This document shows positions 30,318 to 39,951 of a DNA stretch of 64,000 bases, piece after piece. The stretch's first letter is position 1, and every line of letters begins with the position of its first letter. Below the pieces are notes generated by a model. It was not told where the DNA came from. It was given only the letters and a program-made list of their open reading frames with translations, and made no database searches. Origin of the DNA: Rhodobiaceae bacterium (GTDB lineage Bacteria > Pseudomonadota > Alphaproteobacteria > MED-G09); the NCBI GenBank assembly GCA_002723035.1, contig PBNH01000021.1, positions 1,272 to 65,271 of the forward strand, written 5' to 3'. The position numbers were made by a program, and so were the translations under genes.

Positions 30318-32026
30318 GTGAACCTTTGAAAAAACAAACTTTAAGCGAACACTGGTTTTGGGGTTCTCTATTTAAGAATAAAGGAACGTATGTTCAAATC
30401 GCACTTGCTTCAATTTTTATTAATCTATTTGGGTTAGCTAGTGCTTTTTATATCATGACTGTTTATGACAGGGTTATGCCAAATTCAGCCTATAATACTC
30501 TTATAGCTCTAACTATTGGTATGGCAGTAGTTATTTTATTTGATTTTTTAGTTAAACTTTTAAGAGCTTTTTTTGTTGATATGGCTGGCAACAGTATGGA
30601 AAAAGATATTAATGACTCTCTTTTTAAAAAAATAACTAGCCATGATCATAAATTTCTAAATAAAACATCAGGCGTAGCTCATACAGTAAGAGAGTTTGAG
30701 GGAGTAAGAGATTTCTTTACTTCTGCGAGTATGGTTGCATTTATTGATCTTCCATTTATGTTCTTATTTTTGTTTGTTATTTATACAATTGCAGGACCAT
30801 TAGCAATTGTTCCTATTCTTATTGTACCTTTAGTTTTAGGCGTATCAGCCATTATTCAACCAATTTTAAAAAGATCTAGCGATAAGAATCTGGTTAATCA
30901 ACAAGGTAAAATGATTGTTTTGCATGAATTATTGAATAATGTTGAAACTGTAAGAACCATAGCGGGTGGAAAATTTTTACATAATAAATGGAATTCTAGT
31001 GTTGAAAATCAAAGTAAAAATGCAACGACTGCAAGAGGTATTTCAAACTTTGCAGTTACGTTTTCTCAAACTAGTTTACAGATAGCTCAAGCAGGTATCG
31101 TTTGCTATGGAGTTGTACTAGTAGGATCATTGGATATAACATCGGGAGCATTAATTGCATGTGTTATTTTATCTGGAAGAGTATTATCACCTCTAGTTCA
31201 AGCCGGTCAATTACTTACCAAATTTAATCATGCCCTTTCAGCCTTCAAAAAAATTAATGAATTAATGCAGATTGAGTCAAGAGATGATCTTACTAAAGAC
31301 TTTAAAGCAACCTCTCTTACTAGTGGGAATATAAAAATAAAAGATTTATCATATGATATAAATGAGGTTGCTATTTTGAAAAATATTACCTTGGACATAA
31401 GTGATGGAGAAAAAGTAGGCTTTGTTGGTAATATTGGAAGTGGAAAAACATCGCTACTAAGAAATATAATTGGTTTTTATTTGCCTACTAAAGGAAATAT
31501 AACTTTGAGTGGGTATGATTTAAAAAATATCCCATCCAAAGAATTAAGAGACTATATTGGATATTGCCCGCAAAAGATTGATTTATTTACTGGTAGTATT
31601 TTAGAAAATATTAGCACAGGTATCCAGGGTATTACTGAAGATGATGTGATTGAAGCAGCAAAATTATCCTGCGCTCATGATTTTATCACAAAGATGCAGG
31701 GTGGTTATAATTATATTTTAAATGATAATGGTTCAAATTTATCAGGAGGTCAAAGACAGGCAATAGCTCTGGCGAGATGCTTGGTGAGAAAACCAAAGGT
31801 ATTAGTGTTAGATGAGCCTACCAGCTCTATGGATGGGAATACTGAAGAAAAGATAATTAATAACCTTCTATCTTTACCATACAAGCCAACCGTAATTATT
31901 TCAACACACCGAACAAACCATTTAGTAAGAGTTGATAAAATAGGTATCTTGATAGATGGCCAACTGGTTCAGTATGGACCAAGAGAGAGAATATTAAGAC
32001 AAGATAGTGAAAAGGTTGAAAATTAA
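30314..32026 (+). CDS. Type I secretion ABC permease/ATPase (LapB/LssB-like, lacking the C39-like domain)
   Basis: HWFW...VYDRVMPN, DLPF, GALIA..IL.GR, Walker A GNIGSGKT, LSGGQRQ, LDEPTSSMD. Confidence 0.92.
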   Translation: MSEPLKKQTLSEHWFWGSLFKNKGTYVQIALASIFINLFGLASAFYIMTVYDRVMPNSAYNTLIALTIGMAVVILFDFLVKLLRAFFVDMAGNSMEKDINDSLFKKITSHDHKFLNKTSGVAHTVREFEGVRDFFTSASMVAFIDLPFMFLFLFVIYTIAGPLAIVPILIVPLVLGVSAIIQPILKRSSDKNLVNQQGKMIVLHELLNNVETVRTIAGGKFLHNKWNSSVENQSKNATTARGISNFAVTFSQTSLQIAQAGIVCYGVVLVGSLDITSGALIACVILSGRVLSPLVQAGQLLTKFNHALSAFKKINELMQIESRDDLTKDFKATSLTSGNIKIKDLSYDINEVAILKNITLDISDGEKVGFVGNIGSGKTSLLRNIIGFYLPTKGNITLSGYDLKNIPSKELRDYIGYCPQKIDLFTGSILENISTGIQGITEDDVIEAAKLSCAHDFITKMQGGYNYILNDNGSNLSGGQRQAIALARCLVRKPKVLVLDEPTSSMDGNTEEKIINNLLSLPYKPTVIISTHRTNHLVRVDKIGILIDGQLVQYGPRERILRQDSEKVEN

Positions 32027-33004
32027 ATGAAGAAATTTTTAGAAAAAATAAAGCTATCTAGTAATAATCTTTTTACCAACTTTAATAGAGAAAAGTTAGA
32101 AAATCTAATACCTTATTTGGTTCCAGAGTTTTGGGCATCAAATAGAAAATCTTTTTTACTATTTTGGTTTATTGGCATATTTACAATATTTTTTATAATT
32201 TGGGCATCTTTTGCAGAAGTAAACCAAGTGGTTAGAGCACAAGGAACTGTTGTTCCAGACTCTAAAGTACATCTTGTTCAGTCAGGTATTTCTGGTCCGA
32301 TACAAAAAATAAACATTAAACTTGATGATAGGGTTGAAAAAGGAGATATACTCTATTTAGTTGATCAAGCTAATACACAAAAGTTTTATGATTTAGCTAA
32401 GAAAGAATATGAAACTCGTTTAAGAAAAGTAGAAATATTGAAAAACCTTGTTAGAAGTGGATCAGATTCTGAATTTAGACTTTTAGATGAAGAGCTCTTA
32501 CTAGTAGATGCTGAGGGAAGGTACAATTCAGCAAAAAAAAATCTAGAATTCTCTACTGTAAGAGCTCCTATATCAGGAAGTATTAGCAACCAAAATGTTA
32601 CAAATATTGGACAGCTAGTATCCTCTGGTGATTTATTATCTGAAATTGTTCCAAAAGATGATTTCTTAAAAATTGAAGCTTTTATAAACCCTAAAGATAT
32701 TGCTTATGTTAGACAGGGGCAAAAGGCAAAAATAGCTTTCTCAGCTTATGATTTAGCAATATACGGACAATTTGAAGGTATTGTAAAGAAAGTAGCAGCC
32801 AATACAACTTCAAATCAAGAGGGAGAAACTTATTATCCTGCCATTATAGATTTAAATTATGATGACATAAAAAACTCCGATCGAAAAGTCATTCTACAAT
32901 CTGGAATGATTTCTGATGTATCCATCATTGGAGAGGAAAGAACAGTAATTAGCTACGTTCTCAACCCTATTACAAAACTCTCAAAAACAGCCTTACAAGA
33001 GTAA
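32027..33004 (+). CDS. HlyD family T1SS periplasmic adaptor (short hairpin)
   Basis: Single TM, VVRAQG.VVP, V.KGD.L, RAPISG, PKDIAYV..GQ.A, R.V.SY.L.PI. Confidence 0.9.
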   Translation: MKKFLEKIKLSSNNLFTNFNREKLENLIPYLVPEFWASNRKSFLLFWFIGIFTIFFIIWASFAEVNQVVRAQGTVVPDSKVHLVQSGISGPIQKINIKLDDRVEKGDILYLVDQANTQKFYDLAKKEYETRLRKVEILKNLVRSGSDSEFRLLDEELLLVDAEGRYNSAKKNLEFSTVRAPISGSISNQNVTNIGQLVSSGDLLSEIVPKDDFLKIEAFINPKDIAYVRQGQKAKIAFSAYDLAIYGQFEGIVKKVAANTTSNQEGETYYPAIIDLNYDDIKNSDRKVILQSGMISDVSIIGEERTVISYVLNPITKLSKTALQE

Positions 33005-33005
33005 T

Positions 33006-33761
33006 TTATTTTTTTTCTAAATTTTTAACGTAATTAGATGCTTCCAATAAGGTATCAAACGTTCCTGTATCAAGCCACGAATAATTTGAGTCTAGCTTTT
33101 TTACATTTAATTTATTGTTATTTAAATAGATCATATTTAAATCAGTAATTTCATACTCACCCCTAGTCGATTTTTTTAGAGTATCAGCTAGTGATGAGGC
33201 GTTATTATCATATATATACAAACCAGTAACGATCAAATTCGATTTAGGTTCCTCTGGTTTTTCTTCAATTGATAAAATATTCGATTTTTCATCAAATTCT
33301 AAAACACCAAATCTTTCAGGTGTATTGGATTCTATGCAAAAAATTGTTGCACCTTGATTTTTATATATGGCATCAATTATTAACTCATTAAAATCTGGTC
33401 CGAAAAAGAGATTATCGCCCAGAATAAGGGCGACACTTGAGTCATTAATCCAGTCCTCACAAATTATTAATGACTGGGCAATACCTTCAGGCTTTTTTTG
33501 AATAATATAGTCAATGTTTATGCCCCATTCGTCCCCATATCCCAAAAGTTTTTTAAAATTTTCTTGATCTTCTTTTGTTGTAATAATCATTACATCTTTT
33601 ATTCCAGTATCAATTAAAACTGAAAGAGGATAAAAAATCATTGGTTTATTATATACTGGTAAAAGTTGCTTTGAAGTAATTTTGGTTAAGGGATATAAGC
33701 GCGTACCCGCTCCACCAGCAAGAATTATTCCTTTTATATTTTGATTATCATTTATACTCAT
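33006..33761 (-). CDS. rmlA: Glucose-1-phosphate thymidylyltransferase (C-terminally short)
   Basis: KGIILAGGAGTRLYPLT, SKQLLPVYNKPMI, LGDN, EEKP, RGEYEITD, WLDTGT. Confidence 0.92.
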   Translation of the reverse strand: MSINDNQNIKGIILAGGAGTRLYPLTKITSKQLLPVYNKPMIFYPLSVLIDTGIKDVMIITTKEDQENFKKLLGYGDEWGINIDYIIQKKPEGIAQSLIICEDWINDSSVALILGDNLFFGPDFNELIIDAIYKNQGATIFCIESNTPERFGVLEFDEKSNILSIEEKPEEPKSNLIVTGLYIYDNNASSLADTLKKSTRGEYEITDLNMIYLNNNKLNVKKLDSNYSWLDTGTFDTLLEASNYVKNLEKK

Positions 33762-34712
33762 TTAAATCTCATCTAAAATTTGAGGCAATGCTTTTCTTAC
33801 AACTAATCTAACAGAGTCTTCCCATGAGGAAAATTTTATATTATTTTTTAAATAATAATCAAAATCGGTATAAAGCCTTGTATCAATAGATCTCTTAGCA
33901 TCAGATTTCCATTCACTTAATGTTATTGGTATTAATTCTGAATCTAAAGATTTTTGTAAAACAGTTTCTAATTCAGTAAAAATTATTTTAGCCACTAAGT
34001 ACCAAGTTGAAAAGCCAGGTGAACAAAAATGAAATATCCTTTCATTAGTATTTATATTTTTTTTATATAAATCAATTATTTGTACAATATTTCTTGAAAA
34101 ATCTTGAGCAAATGTCAAAGAAATTTTTTGATCAGAAACTACTCTTACACGACGATTTGTAAGTAACAATTTTATCATACTCTTAACGAAATTAGTTCCA
34201 TACTGGCTAAATACTGATGAAAAACGAATTATAATTCCCGATTTGTGATTTGTTAAAACAGCATCCTCACCTTCAGATTTAGTTAGGCCATAAAAATTAA
34301 TTGGTGCTTTTTTATCACCTGGGTAAAAAGGAGCATTCAAGGTTTTCCCAAAAACATAATCTGTTGAAATATGAATAAGTTTGATATTTTTAGTATCAGC
34401 CTCCTTTGATAAAATATCAACACCTGTATGATTAACCCTTTTAGTAATATCTTTTTTCTTTTCTGCGCCATTTACATCAGTAAATGCACCTAAATTAATA
34501 ATGTAATCAAAATTATCATTATTAAGGAAATTCTTAATTGATGCTTGATTAGTCAAATTAAGTGCTTTAGATGAAGGAAATGAAAAATTTAAATTTAATT
34601 TATGCTTTTGATTTTTTATTTCAGTCCCAACCTGACCTGATCCACCGATAACTAAAACTTTTAAATTTTTGTTATAGTTTTCCAAGTCTTTCACCCGAAT
34701 ATTTTTTTTCAT
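33762..34712 (-). CDS. rmlD: dTDP-4-dehydrorhamnose reductase
   Basis: GGSGQVG, FTDVNGAE, ISTDYVF, YGLTK, NFVKSM, VVSDQ. Confidence 0.9.
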   Translation of the reverse strand: MKKNIRVKDLENYNKNLKVLVIGGSGQVGTEIKNQKHKLNLNFSFPSSKALNLTNQASIKNFLNNDNFDYIINLGAFTDVNGAEKKKDITKRVNHTGVDILSKEADTKNIKLIHISTDYVFGKTLNAPFYPGDKKAPINFYGLTKSEGEDAVLTNHKSGIIIRFSSVFSQYGTNFVKSMIKLLLTNRRVRVVSDQKISLTFAQDFSRNIVQIIDLYKKNINTNERIFHFCSPGFSTWYLVAKIIFTELETVLQKSLDSELIPITLSEWKSDAKRSIDTRLYTDFDYYLKNNIKFSSWEDSVRLVVRKALPQILDEI

Positions 34713-35721
34713 TTAAATTTAAATAATTTTTGTTATCTAAATACCATTTAACTGTATCCTCTATACCCTTTTCCCAAGAAAATTTTGGTTTCCAGCCTAA
34801 ATCTTTTATTTTATTATTATCAAGTGAATATCTAAAATCGTGCCCAGGGCGATCTTTGACAAAATTGATTAATTTATTGTATGAAAAATTCTCTAAAGGA
34901 AGTTTTTCATTTAAAATATTACAAATACTTTTTATAACCTCAAGATTCTCAATTTCACAATTACTACCGATATTATATTTTTCACCAACTTTTCCTTTAT
35001 CCAAAACTTTTAATAATCCACTTACATGATCCTCAACCCTAATCCAATCTCGTATCTGTTTACCATCACCAAAAACTGGAATTTTCTCCTTTTTTAGACA
35101 TTTATTTATAGTTAAAGGAATTAATTTTTCTGGAAATTGCCAAGGTCCATAATTGTTAGAAGTATTTGTTATTATTAGAGGTAATTGATAAGTTTTATAC
35201 CAAGATCTTACTAAATGATCCGCTGAGGCTTTTGAAGCTGAGTAAGGGCTGTTTGGCTTATAATTACTCTCTTCATTAAATGGTGAATCATGCTGACCAA
35301 GAGAACCATAAACCTCGTCGGTAGAGATATGAACAAATCTAAATTTTTTTTTATTTATGGTATTTAAATTTTTCCAGTACGAAAGGCTTTCACGTAGTAA
35401 ATTATATGTTCCTAATATATTAGTTTCAATAAAAGAACTTGGACCATCTATTGATCTATCAACGTGAGTTTCTGCAGCTAGATGAAAAACAGCATCAGGC
35501 TGAAAATTTGTAAAAATATCCATTATCTCTTTGCTTTTAGAAATATCGGCTTTGATTAACTTATAGTTATTTTTATTTGTAACTTGAGTAGCATTAATAT
35601 TTGCTGCATAAGTAAGATTATCAATATTCAGAATTTCAATATTATGATTTTTTGCTAGAGATCTAATTAGACAAGACCCTATAAAACCACAACCTCCAGT
35701 AATTAGTATTTTATTGTACAA
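34672..35721 (-). CDS. rmlB: dTDP-glucose 4,6-dehydratase
   Basis: TGGCGFIGS, HLAAETHVDRSI, STDEVYG, YSASKAS, QFPEKLIP, DRPGHDFRY. Confidence 0.96.
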   Translation of the reverse strand: MYNKILITGGCGFIGSCLIRSLAKNHNIEILNIDNLTYAANINATQVTNKNNYKLIKADISKSKEIMDIFTNFQPDAVFHLAAETHVDRSIDGPSSFIETNILGTYNLLRESLSYWKNLNTINKKKFRFVHISTDEVYGSLGQHDSPFNEESNYKPNSPYSASKASADHLVRSWYKTYQLPLIITNTSNNYGPWQFPEKLIPLTINKCLKKEKIPVFGDGKQIRDWIRVEDHVSGLLKVLDKGKVGEKYNIGSNCEIENLEVIKSICNILNEKLPLENFSYNKLINFVKDRPGHDFRYSLDNNKIKDLGWKPKFSWEKGIEDTVKWYLDNKNYLNLNEKKYSGERLGKL

Positions 35722-35731
35722 AAAATTCCCC

Positions 35732-36283
35732 TTAAAAATCTATCTTCTCACGAATTTCATCCCAAAAAGGTAAGTTTAAATCTTTTTCAGATATAATTAA
35801 TCTCTTTTTATCAACGGGCCAATTTATTTCAAAAAAAGGGTCATCCCATTTTAAACCTTGTTCAAATTCTTTATTATAGTAATTATCAACTTTATAAATA
35901 ACTTTTGTATCGTTTTCTAATGTACAAAAACCGTGAGCGTAACCTCTGGGTATGTATAGCCAACCATCTTTTGGAGTTAGAACATATGAGGAATGAGTTT
36001 CAAAATTACTAGAATTTCTTCTGAGATCAATAAAAACGTCAAATATTTTACCTTTATCAACTTTTATTAATTTGGATTGGGCATAAGGATTTATTTGAAA
36101 ATGAATACCTCTTAAGGTATTTGAATAAATAGAAAAAGAGGAGTTATCTTGAATAAAATCATCCAATATTCCTAATTCTGCCATCTTTTTTTTGTTATAT
36201 ACTTCAGTGAAAGAACCTCTATTATCCTCAATAATATCGGGCAAAATATTTATAACATCATTAAAAATAACTTTCTTTCTCAT
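35732..36283 (-). CDS. rmlC: dTDP-4-dehydrorhamnose 3,5-epimerase
   Basis: DNRGSF.E, QDN.S, LRGIHFQ, AHGFCTL, YKVDNYY, SEKD. Confidence 0.94.
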   Translation of the reverse strand: MRKKVIFNDVINILPDIIEDNRGSFTEVYNKKKMAELGILDDFIQDNSSFSIYSNTLRGIHFQINPYAQSKLIKVDKGKIFDVFIDLRRNSSNFETHSSYVLTPKDGWLYIPRGYAHGFCTLENDTKVIYKVDNYYNKEFEQGLKWDDPFFEINWPVDKKRLIISEKDLNLPFWDEIREKIDF

Positions 36284-37566
36284 TTTAGCAAACTCTCAAC
36301 TAATTCTAGCTGTTTGGGTAAACTTATAGATTTCAAATCATAATTATTAACAATTGTTTTTCGTGCATTTTTTTTCATTAATTTATATTTTTTGGGATTA
36401 TCTAAAACATCGATAACTAACTTTGATAAACCCTCAACATCAAAGAAATCAACAAGCAAGCCATTTTTATTATTTTTTATAACCTCTTCTACTGGAGCAG
36501 TTTTTGAACCAATAATTAAAGCTTCAAGAGCCATTGCTTCAAGCATTGACCAAGAAAGTACAAATGGATAGGTCAAATAAACATGAACACTTGATATGGC
36601 TATAATCTTTAAAAAATTGCCATAATTAATTCTCCCAAGAAATAGAATTTTTTCTGGGTCAACTAAGTCGTTCTTAACTTCATTAAAATAAATATCCTTA
36701 AAACTTTCACCGGTATTTGAATTAGAGCCATAACTTACTTTATCACCGCCAATGATTAACACATAAGCATCAGGATGTTTTTTTTGTATCTTGGGTAGTG
36801 ACCTCATAAATGAATGATATCCTCTATAAGGCTCTAAATTCCTATTAACAAATGTGATTATTTTATTATCCTTTGATAACTTTATCTTTTCTTCTGATGG
36901 TAATGTCAGAGTAATGTCACCAGTACTTACAGGACGAATAATATCTGTATCGATACCATCATGAATAACATTAATTTTTTTATGAAGAATTTTTGGGGCT
37001 GTTGATTTTTGAAATTTTGTAGGACTTATTAGTAAATCGGAATCTAAATATGACATCATTCCAGGTGCATTTCTTGCCCTTAATCTAGAAAATAACTCCA
37101 GACTAGGTTTTGGATAGTGTGGTTCATTTGTATCAAAGTCTACATCTGAATTAATGGTATTATAATAGAATTCAAAATAGGATAAAAGTTTTACATTAGG
37201 CCATATTTCTTTTACTAAAAAAGTTTCTCCCCAACCTGGATGATCAATTATTAAATCTGGACTAAAACCATTATTTTTTAACTCCAGGCATTTTAAAGAT
37301 ACGGCTTCAGCCCTTATCATTTTTGTTTCAAATTCAGTAGCCAGTGTGTGAATATTTTTGGATGTTCCTTTTTTTATATCATATAAATGATTTGTAATAT
37401 CGCTAAAATTACTCAACCTTTCTTCAGTTTCAACTGGATCTTTATTGCTGACAGATAAACTGTGAATTTCATATTTTTTTTTACTACTCAGAAATGGTGC
37501 CAGTGACTTATACTGTCCAGGAAAATTTTGATGAATAAATAATATTTTCTTTTTAGCCATCGTCAT
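36280..37566 (-). CDS. GT4 glycosyltransferase (ExpC-like)
   Basis: HQNFPGQY, HPGWGE, RNLEPYRG, HVYLTYPFVLSWSMLEAM; start may be ATG 37560. Confidence 0.88.
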   Translation of the reverse strand: MTMAKKKILFIHQNFPGQYKSLAPFLSSKKKYEIHSLSVSNKDPVETEERLSNFSDITNHLYDIKKGTSKNIHTLATEFETKMIRAEAVSLKCLELKNNGFSPDLIIDHPGWGETFLVKEIWPNVKLLSYFEFYYNTINSDVDFDTNEPHYPKPSLELFSRLRARNAPGMMSYLDSDLLISPTKFQKSTAPKILHKKINVIHDGIDTDIIRPVSTGDITLTLPSEEKIKLSKDNKIITFVNRNLEPYRGYHSFMRSLPKIQKKHPDAYVLIIGGDKVSYGSNSNTGESFKDIYFNEVKNDLVDPEKILFLGRINYGNFLKIIAISSVHVYLTYPFVLSWSMLEAMALEALIIGSKTAPVEEVIKNNKNGLLVDFFDVEGLSKLVIDVLDNPKKYKLMKKNARKTIVNNYDLKSISLPKQLELVESLLK

Positions 37567-39253
37567 TGCCTCTTGTAGTTAAATATCCAAACTTAATAAG
37601 CCAAATAATAGTTTCAAAAACTTTAGTTTCTTCTATATTTGTACTATTAATAACTTGATTAACATTTAATTTATTATTTGTAGAAAATAATTCATAGATA
37701 GATTTAATATTATCCTCCGTCGGTAAATCTCTTTGAGCATATTCAACACTTTTAAATTTTAAAAGCTCATTAAATGATAAACTATTAATATTATCTAATT
37801 TGTATAATACAGTTTTTTTGCTCAGAATATTTGAGGGATACGATGAAAAAGTAAAAAATGGATCTTGTCTATCACTGGGTAAACTCTTTAAACAGAACGT
37901 TTTGTAGTTTAATGATACTGTTTCCCTAATTTTATTTAATTCAGATGATAAATTCCTATACATTGATAGGATTACAGGCCAATTAAAATCTTCTTTAGCT
38001 CTTATTTTTGCAGATTCACCAAATTTCTTTCTTTGTTCATCATTCGTAACTAAAATTCTCAACTTTTCAATACAATCTTTTATATCCACACTAACCTTTT
38101 GAACTGACAGACCAACATAAAGATCATAATTAATATCATTCATCATATATCTATAAGCAATATCTTCTCCATAACCATCAGGCAAGGAAATAGTCTTTGC
38201 TCTAAAACCATCTACACTATCTCTTGCTGTTGATTTATAACCATCCCAATCCGACACTAAAACTGGAAGACCAGCAGCCATACCCTCCAAAGGCGTTAGA
38301 CCAAATGTCTCTTGAATATTATCGCTTAACGAAACAAAAATATCCCCTGCAGCCAAGGTTTTATGTTTATTATCCTGATCTTTACCATCCAAAAAATGAA
38401 ATTTAATTGATGGGCATATTTTTATACCTTCCTCAACAAAGGATTCCTTTACGAAATCATTTGCAAACCAACCAGTTTGAATAATATGAATTTTTTGACC
38501 ATCTTTCAGCTCTTTAGAAATCTCTTCAATAGCTAAATACATAGGCAGATGATGAGCCTTAGCATGAAAGCTTAATCGCCCAACATAAGCTATAACAATA
38601 TCTTCATCATTTATATCAAGTGATAATCTGGATTTTTTCTTAAAATCCTCCGAATAATTAAATTCATCAACATCTAATCCCAATGGAATAACAGGTAATA
38701 AGGGTAGCTCAGGTTTGGAAATATTAAATTTAGATTTTAACCTTTGATATCTATGATCGATTATTTTTTCAACAGTATCTAATACACAACTTGAAGTACA
38801 GATTATTGCATCCCAGGGCATAATATCTGACATTATAATATTTGATATACCAGACATAACCGCATGAGAGGCTGTGGTATGAGTAATTCCAACTAAACTA
38901 TATTTATTATGTCCATGAATACTTCTTTTACTTGCAAAATCATTAATTCCAGGCCCTGGTAGAAATATCCCACCATATGGTTCAGACTTATGGGGTTGAT
39001 TATAAGGAATAAAATCAACTTCCAATTGTTGGTCCTTCTTCATAAGTGGTTTAACTTTTTTGAGTAAAAGTTCTTTTTGTTCCTGATTTTTGATATAAGC
39101 ACTTATTCTTTTAGGATCATCCTTAATTAAAGCCTTCAAAAAAGACCAGCCAGCAGCTTGACGACCCATTATTCTATTACCTTTTATATCATAACCCTCG
39201 TCATCATAATAAATGGACCAATACGGAAATTCACTTTGATAATCATCAGCCAT
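37553..39253 (-). CDS. GT4 glycosyltransferase
   Basis: MGRQAAG, GITHT, VIPLG, YVGRLSFHAKAH, SDNIQETFGLTPLEGMAAGLP. Confidence 0.88.
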   Translation of the reverse strand: MADDYQSEFPYWSIYYDDEGYDIKGNRIMGRQAAGWSFLKALIKDDPKRISAYIKNQEQKELLLKKVKPLMKKDQQLEVDFIPYNQPHKSEPYGGIFLPGPGINDFASKRSIHGHNKYSLVGITHTTASHAVMSGISNIIMSDIMPWDAIICTSSCVLDTVEKIIDHRYQRLKSKFNISKPELPLLPVIPLGLDVDEFNYSEDFKKKSRLSLDINDEDIVIAYVGRLSFHAKAHHLPMYLAIEEISKELKDGQKIHIIQTGWFANDFVKESFVEEGIKICPSIKFHFLDGKDQDNKHKTLAAGDIFVSLSDNIQETFGLTPLEGMAAGLPVLVSDWDGYKSTARDSVDGFRAKTISLPDGYGEDIAYRYMMNDINYDLYVGLSVQKVSVDIKDCIEKLRILVTNDEQRKKFGESAKIRAKEDFNWPVILSMYRNLSSELNKIRETVSLNYKTFCLKSLPSDRQDPFFTFSSYPSNILSKKTVLYKLDNINSLSFNELLKFKSVEYAQRDLPTEDNIKSIYELFSTNNKLNVNQVINSTNIEETKVFETIIWLIKFGYLTTRGNDDG

Positions 39254-39869
39254 TACTAGATCTCTTTTTATTTACATGTTCTGTAATTTTAGCTGATAAT
39301 TCTTCTTTGGTTAATGATTTTGACTTATAAGCTAAAGCCCATAAAGCATAAGCGTTCTTATCTTCGCCAATAATAAAACTCTTAAAACCTGACTGATTTA
39401 ATATATCATTCATGCTCTCAGAGGTAAAACCGTTACGGTGAGCCATATGCTCATTCCCAGCTGCCATTGAAGGTCTATGCCCATAGAGAATATCTAGAGG
39501 GTAAATATCACCTGATGGTGCAGTGTAGAGTTTTCTTCTGATATTACCCTCTCCAATTAGTTTGCAAACCGACTTAATATCAGGACAAGTAAGTACCAAA
39601 AAACCTTCATCGTTTAAAACTCTTTTAAATTCTCGCAATGTTTGGATAACCTCATGAGCAAAAACATGCTCGATATTATGCGAAGAGTAAACAGCATCGA
39701 AGGTAGAATCTTCAACACTGGACATATCTTGAATTGAACTAATAATATCAGGATTAACATCTGGATTAATATCTAAACGAACTTCATTCCAATCATCAGA
39801 ATTAAAGACAGAAGTAGTATTATCTTTATAATACATACCAGGACCTACATGCAAAAAAGTTTTAGTCAT
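39246..39869 (-). CDS. Class I SAM-dependent methyltransferase
   Basis: LHVGPG, EVRLDI.P.V.PDI, FDAVYSSHNIEH, EFKRVL...G. Confidence 0.82.
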   Translation of the reverse strand: MTKTFLHVGPGMYYKDNTTSVFNSDDWNEVRLDINPDVNPDIISSIQDMSSVEDSTFDAVYSSHNIEHVFAHEVIQTLREFKRVLNDEGFLVLTCPDIKSVCKLIGEGNIRRKLYTAPSGDIYPLDILYGHRPSMAAGNEHMAHRNGFTSESMNDILNQSGFKSFIIGEDKNAYALWALAYKSKSLTKEELSAKITEHVNKKRSSNG

Positions 39870-39904
39870 AGTACTTATTATAAATTAAAGAAATTATTTT
39901 GCAT

Positions 39905-39932
39905 AAAAAAAAGGGAAGCCGAAGCTTCCCTT
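39905..39932 (-). terminator. Rho-independent terminator of the RTX/S-layer gene
   Basis: Minus strand AAGGGAAGC-TTCG-GCTTCCCTT plus a T-run: perfect 9-bp stem with a C(UUCG)G tetraloop, 19 bp after the stop codon. Confidence 0.92.
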
Positions 39933-39951
39933 AATTTCAATAAGTTATTGA

